NCBI GenBank assembly: GCA_002633005.1 | Contig: NMRA01000188.1 | Coordinates: 294,921 to 358,920 of the forward strand | Direction of reading: 5' to 3' | Origin: Phoronis australis | Lineage: Eukaryota; Animalia; Phoronida | DNA: 64,000 nt | In this document: positions 58,441 through 64,000 of the stretch, piece after piece | Position numbering within the stretch: the first letter of the stretch is position 1 | Layout of the letters: the number at the start of each line of letters is the position of its first letter | Notes under the pieces: model-generated | Seen by the model: the letters and a program-made list of their open reading frames with translations, nothing else | Told to the model about the DNA's origin: nothing | Database searches by the model: none | Program-made: the position numbers and the translations under genes

Positions 58441-60699
58441 AGAAAGCGAAGCAAACTTCGCTGACCAAACACAATCAGAAACTGCAGACACAATCAAAGA
58501 GGACAACCAAACAAAATACACGTGATATCCCAGTTACTAATCTTCAGAACAAATCAAAAGAACCAATTTATTTACAGGGCGCCAAAAGGTTGACGTCAAT
58601 GTTTTAACATGACAGCTCCTTACGAGACCATTTTGATCAGTCACTAAGTCTGTCACACGACCCATCTTCCAGTCACACCGGGGAAGGCCTTCCTCCTTGA
58701 TGAGTACAACATCATTGACTCTCATATTGCGACTTGGAACTTGCCACTTTCGACGACATTGCAATGTAGCCAAATACTCTTTTGTCCATCTTGTCCAAAA
58801 GAGATTCGCCAAGTATTGGGCGCGCCTCCAACGCTTACGTGAATAAACGTCTTCTCGCTGAAACTTTCCAGGTGGAAGGAGCAATATCCGTGTCTTAAAA
58901 GTAAGAATGTTGCTCGGTGATAACGGATCCAAATCGTCGGGGTCACCAGATGCAGTTGTGAGGGGTCTTGAATTCACTATGGCCTCCGCCTCACACAATA
59001 CTGTATGCAGAACGTCATCACTAAGCGATCACATTCGCGCAATGTGGATGATAACACTTTCCGAACAGTGCGAAATTGACGTTCCCAAAGACCACCGAAG
59101 TTACTAGCAGTTGGCGGGTTGAACGACCAGTCAATATTTTCTGTCAACATGTACTTCTGAATACGTTCCTGGTCCATTTCATCTATGGCTGCTCGTAACT
59201 CACGATCGGCTCCCACGAAGTTCGCTCCGTTGTCACTGAAGATGGTATGAACTGGCCCTCGTCTGGACAAAAATCGGCGCAAAGCATTAATGAAACAGTC
59301 AGTCTCAAGGCTTTTAACCACTTCTAAATGTATGGCCCGGCTAGAGAAACAAGTAAACATGACACAGTTACGCTTATACACCTTTCTACCTTCTTTAACT
59401 TGAAACGGACCAAACAAATCTGTGCCTGTGTACGTAAAAGGTGCTTCTGGAATAGTGCGTTCAACAGGCAAATTGGCCATCTTTTGCTCNATGAACGATT
59501 GCGTCTGCAGTAACATTACTCCCCCCGAGAAAGCGGAGAAAACTTCGCTGACCAAACAAAATCAGAAACTGCAGACACAATCAAAGAGGACAACCGAACA
59601 AAATACACCTTTCTACCTTCTTTAACTTGGAACGGACCGAACAAATCTGTGCCTGTGTACGTAAAAGGTGCTTCTGGAATAGTGCGTTCAACAGGCAAAT
59701 TGGCCATCTTTTACTCACATGCTTGACCACGTAGACGACGGCAAGTCACACATCTGTTGATAACTCTACGAACAGCAGCGTTGGCGGCAACAATCCAGAA
59801 CTTCTCTCGTAAGGTTGAAAGAACATGATTCCGACCAGCGTGAACCAAGCGCTCGTGATAATGGCGAACAACAAGCGTTGTAACGTGACTCTTTTCTAGG
59901 CAATACGATGGGATGCTTCATACCATCCTCCAGCAAAGCTTTACCGAGACGACCGCCAACACGTAACATACCTCTGTCCAAGAAAAGGTCCAGCGTGGTC
60001 AGCGGTGTACTTTTCTTGGCTCTACCGTTACCTGAGAGCCTTTCAAAATCATCTCTGAAGTATTGTCTCTGAGTAAATTTCAACACACTGGCTTCCGCTT
60101 CATCCAACTCCTCAACCGCAAGTGGCGCTGACAACCAACTCTGGTCACTGGAGTCTCCATCTCTTTTTCGTTGCACCAACCNACAGTCAAAGAGGACAAC
60201 CGAACAAAATACACCTGATATCACAGTTACTAATCTTCAGAACAAATCAAAAGAACCATCTTTTGCTCACATGCTTGACCACGTAGACGACGGCAAGTCA
60301 CACATCTGTTAATGACTCTACGAACAGCAGCGTTGGCGGCAACAATCCAGAACTTCTCTCGTAAGGTTGAAAGAACATGATTCCGACCAGCGTGAGCCAA
60401 GCGCTCATGATAATGGCGAACAACAAGCGTTGTAACGTGACTCTGTCTAGGCAACACGATGGGATGCTTCATACCATCCTCCAGCAAAGCTTTACCGAGA
60501 CGACCGCCAACACGTAGCAAACCTCTGTCCGAGAAAGGGTCCAGCGCGATCAGCGGTGTACTTTTCTTGGCTCTACCGTTACCTGAGAGCCTTTCAAAAT
60601 CATCTCTGAAGTATTGTCTCTAAGTAAATTTCAACACATTGGCTTCCGCTTCATGCAACTCCTCAACCGCAAGTGGTGCTGACAACCAACTCTGGTCAC

Positions 60700-63168
60700 N
60701 TTGGCTCTACCGTTACCTGAGAGCCTTTCAAAATCATCTCTGAAGTATTGTCTCTGAGTAAATTTCAACACACTGGTTTCCGCTTCATCCAACTCCTCAA
60801 CCGCAAGTGGCGCTGACAACCAACTCTGGTCACTGGAGTCTCCATCTCTTTTTCGTTGCACCAACCATTTCTGAAATCTACTGAAGACAGCTACAGCTTT
60901 CTTTAACGGCAACCATTTAGAATAATAATCAATCAATCGTCGAAAACCGCTAACACTTTCATTAGAACTTGTCGCATTCACAAAAGTCTGAGAACCGGCA
61001 GCTTCATCACTAGGCACTGGAAACGCACTTGGCTGAGGATAATAACAGTCACCAGACAACAAGAAATTGGGACCATTAAACCAACTATCGTGACAGAGAA
61101 ACTTCTCAGCATCTAAACCGCGTGACGCACAATCAGCTGGGTTAAATTCAGAACGCACATACCTCCACTGTGAAGGGTTGCTGAAGTCTAATATTTGCTG
61201 TACCCTGTTGGCGGCGAAAACCGGGAACCTATTACTGCGACTGTGCACATAATACAGAACTGTCATAGAATCTGTGTGGAAGACCGATTTTGCCGGGTCC
61301 AGGTCGAGTTCGTTGCACAGCATTCTCCCAATCTGTACAGACACTGTAGCGGCTGTGAGTTCCAGCTTGGGAATCGTCATTCGTCTGAGAGGCGCGACCC
61401 TGGCTTTACCTAACAATAGAGAACAGTTAACAATACCATCATCATTGACAATACGTAAATAAGCACAACACCCGCAACCGTCACTGCTTGCATCCGAATA
61501 CACCTGCAACTGCTGAAGAACGACGTTACTGAATTCTTGTGGCACGTAACAACGCCGAATGTTAACTTCCTCCATACGGGGTAATTCAGAAAGCCACTTC
61601 TGCCATCGTGCATGGTAAACTTCTGGAATCTCGTCATCCCAATGTAGACCGTCTTCTTTACACAAGTCTTGCAACAGCTTCTTTGCTTGAAGCACAAATG
61701 GTGCTAAGAAACCGAGGGGGTCATAAAGCGAAGCAGTAGTGGATAAGATTGCCCTTCTGGTCATGTCCTTTGGTCTTATCTTTATGGAGAAACCAAGATA
61801 ATCTGATGACATCTTCCATTGAATGCCCAAAGCACGCTCTGTCGGCAAGCATTCGTAGTCCAAAGTTTTAGCTTGTAGTTCCTTGGACCTTTCTTCAACA
61901 GGGATGGAGTCTAATAGCGCGCGACTGTTGCTGGCGAATTTTGTCAAGTGGAACCCTCCACTGAAGCACGCTTTGCAAAGATCTTTCACCAACCGAATAG
62001 CCTGCTCGTCACTGTTAACAGCCTTCAAGCAGTCGTCAACGTAAAAGTTGTGTCGGATCGTGGTTGCTACTTCAGGATCGCAACTTTCAGCAGTTTTTCT
62101 GAGGGCGAAGTTGAAAACACTGGGGGACGATGCGGCGCCGAAAAGATGTACCGTCATTCGGTAGTCCTCCAATCTGGTCTGTAAGTCGCCGTCAGGCCAC
62201 CAAACGAATCTTAGAAAATCTCGTTGGCATTCAGGTACCTTTACTTGGTAAAACATGGTCTCGATGTCTGCTGAAAACGCTATTTGTCCACCACAAAATC
62301 TTGTCAAAACACCGATGACTGAGTTGGTAAGATTTGGACCTTGAATCAACTGATCGTTTAAGGACGTGCCTTGAAACTTGGCTGCACAGTCGAACACCAC
62401 CCTCAACTTTTTCTTCTGCGGATGGTACACACCATGGTGCGGGAGGTACCAAGTAAAACCTTTGCGACCTTGAACTTCCTTAGCTGGCACTTTCTCTGCA
62501 TAACCCTTAGTTAAAAGATTGTCGATAAATGTCTTGTACTCGTTGTAGCACAAACTGTCTCCCATCATCTTTTTCCTTTGGTATGATGCTCTGTGGACAG
62601 CTTGTGATCTGTTGTAATTCATTACAAGATTCTGGTTTCTGAAAGGAAGTGGGATCTCAAAGTGGCCGTCGACATTCTTCACGCATTGGTTGTCACGATC
62701 CATGAACTCCAAGTCCTCTCTAGAGTGGCCCTTCTCATTCGGGTGTGAGCCAGCGATACAGTCCTTGAAGTCCATTGCAAGCGTGTCGATAACGTTTGCA
62801 GGATCCAGAAACGGAATTTCCTTCACAGAACAGGATTCAACAACTTGAATGCGATTACAGTACGTCATGTAGGCACCAAGAGGATTGTCGGAAATATGCA
62901 CGACACCGTTGACTGTCCATCCGTGACGCAAGCGAACAGCAAATGGTCCATCACCTTCAGTAGGAACCACCTGTAACGGCTGGAGCGCAGAGGGGCAACT
63001 TAGCAAACCAATGTAAATATTTGGCATTAATGAAGGAATATTTTGAGCAACTTCACGAAGATAACTGACTTTTTCGAGAACCTCCGGCGTAGGGATATGA
63101 CTTGAGTCCACTGGTATCTGCGCACGAGAGTAAGCTTTCTGGATCGTCACAGGATTATGGCCGTTCAT
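60700..63168 (-). CDS. BEL/Pao pol segment (RT + RNase H), uninterrupted for >800 aa
   Basis: ORF track 845 aa with WYLPHHGV, RVVFDC, DIETMFYQV, FGAASSP, YVDD; bounded by single-N joins. Confidence 0.93.
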
Positions 63169-64000
63169 GTCAGTAACTTCCANGCATTAATGGAGGAATA
63201 TTTTGAGCAACATCACGAAGATAACTGACTTTTTCGAGAACCTCCGGCGTAGGGATATGACGAGTGTCCACTGGTATCTGCGCACGAGAGTAAGCTTTCT
63301 AGATCGTCACAGGATTATGGCCATTCATGTCAGTAACTTCCAGATCTTTTATAACCGTAGTATTCACATAATTGCGCCCATGCATGGTGTGGAGATCGAG
63401 GGCAACTTCGTGACCTGTAGCATGTAAATCAGTTTTAAGACGATCTGTAAGGAAACATCCACTGCTACCATTGTCGAATAATGCGTATGTCAGTACCTCA
63501 ATATCATTACCTTTCTGTCTAACACGAACAGGAATAATTTCATGAAGTGTTTTCTGATTGCAATCGTCAAACGAAGGAGTATGGCAGGTACTTACTTGAG
63601 CTGTTTGAAGATCGTGTGAAGAGGAGTTGATCAACGACTTAGGTTGCGTACCTCGTGTGGGTGGTGCAGACACCTTGCGTTGCTGTCCCGAGACAACTGG
63701 TAACAATGCCGTCAGAGCATCAGAATCAAGGTCAGGGGTCGTTGGCGAATGTTTACCATACTCAAACTTGTTTGTATCGTTCGTNGTAAGAACCACCTGT
63801 AACGGCTGGAGCGCAGAGGGGCAACTTGAACCTATAAGCAAACCAATGGAAATATTTGGCCTTATATGAAGGAATATTTTGAGGAACTTCACGAAGATAA
63901 CTGACTTTTTCGAGAACCTCCGGCGTAGGGATATGACGAGAGTCCACTGGTATCTGCGCACGAGAGTAAGCTTTCTGGATCGTCACAGGATTATGGCCAT

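Larger units (their letters stand above)
58135..64000 (-). mobile_element. BEL/Pao LTR retrotransposon (protease-RT-RNaseH-integrase), 3' part; assembled as overlapping fragments of several copies
   Basis: Protease YALFDNGSSG; RT NFYVDDCL; RNase H YSDAS…IPKLELTAA; integrase HHCC (HYHERLAH…CVTC) and D-D-E core (TDLFGP, SDNG, WERQ); C-terminal RWRRAQYLANLFWTRW. Runs off the window edge. Confidence 0.96.

Overview
Eukaryotic (animal) genomic DNA with spliceosomal GT-AG introns. The transposon content suggests a marine invertebrate (inference). The main feature is a complete 18-coding-exon bifunctional peptidylglycine alpha-amidating monooxygenase gene (PAM; signal peptide-PHM-linker-PAL-TM-tail, about 1081 aa, + strand, 10648-37420). 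I assembled it by hand: every intron phase matches and all Cu/Zn and catalytic residues are present. Its PHM-PAL linker exon is unusually long (His6, Gly-rich, furin sites) and has three in-phase splice donors plus a read-through stop, predicting several isoforms. Downstream and convergent is a two-exon secreted PAN/apple + Caspr-type fibrinogen-like gene with an in-frame TAA just before its last conserved Cys. The last ~17 kb is a transposon nest: an L1/Tx1 remnant, nested MITEs, a TTAA-flanked Sola3-like DNA transposon, a KolobokP-like remnant (His-Me-finger nuclease facing a DDE transposase, missed by the ORF track), and a young BEL/Pao LTR retrotransposon assembled as overlapping fragments. 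No RNA genes or CRISPR arrays are supported. The systems found belong to known families; any novelty lies in the specific architectures.
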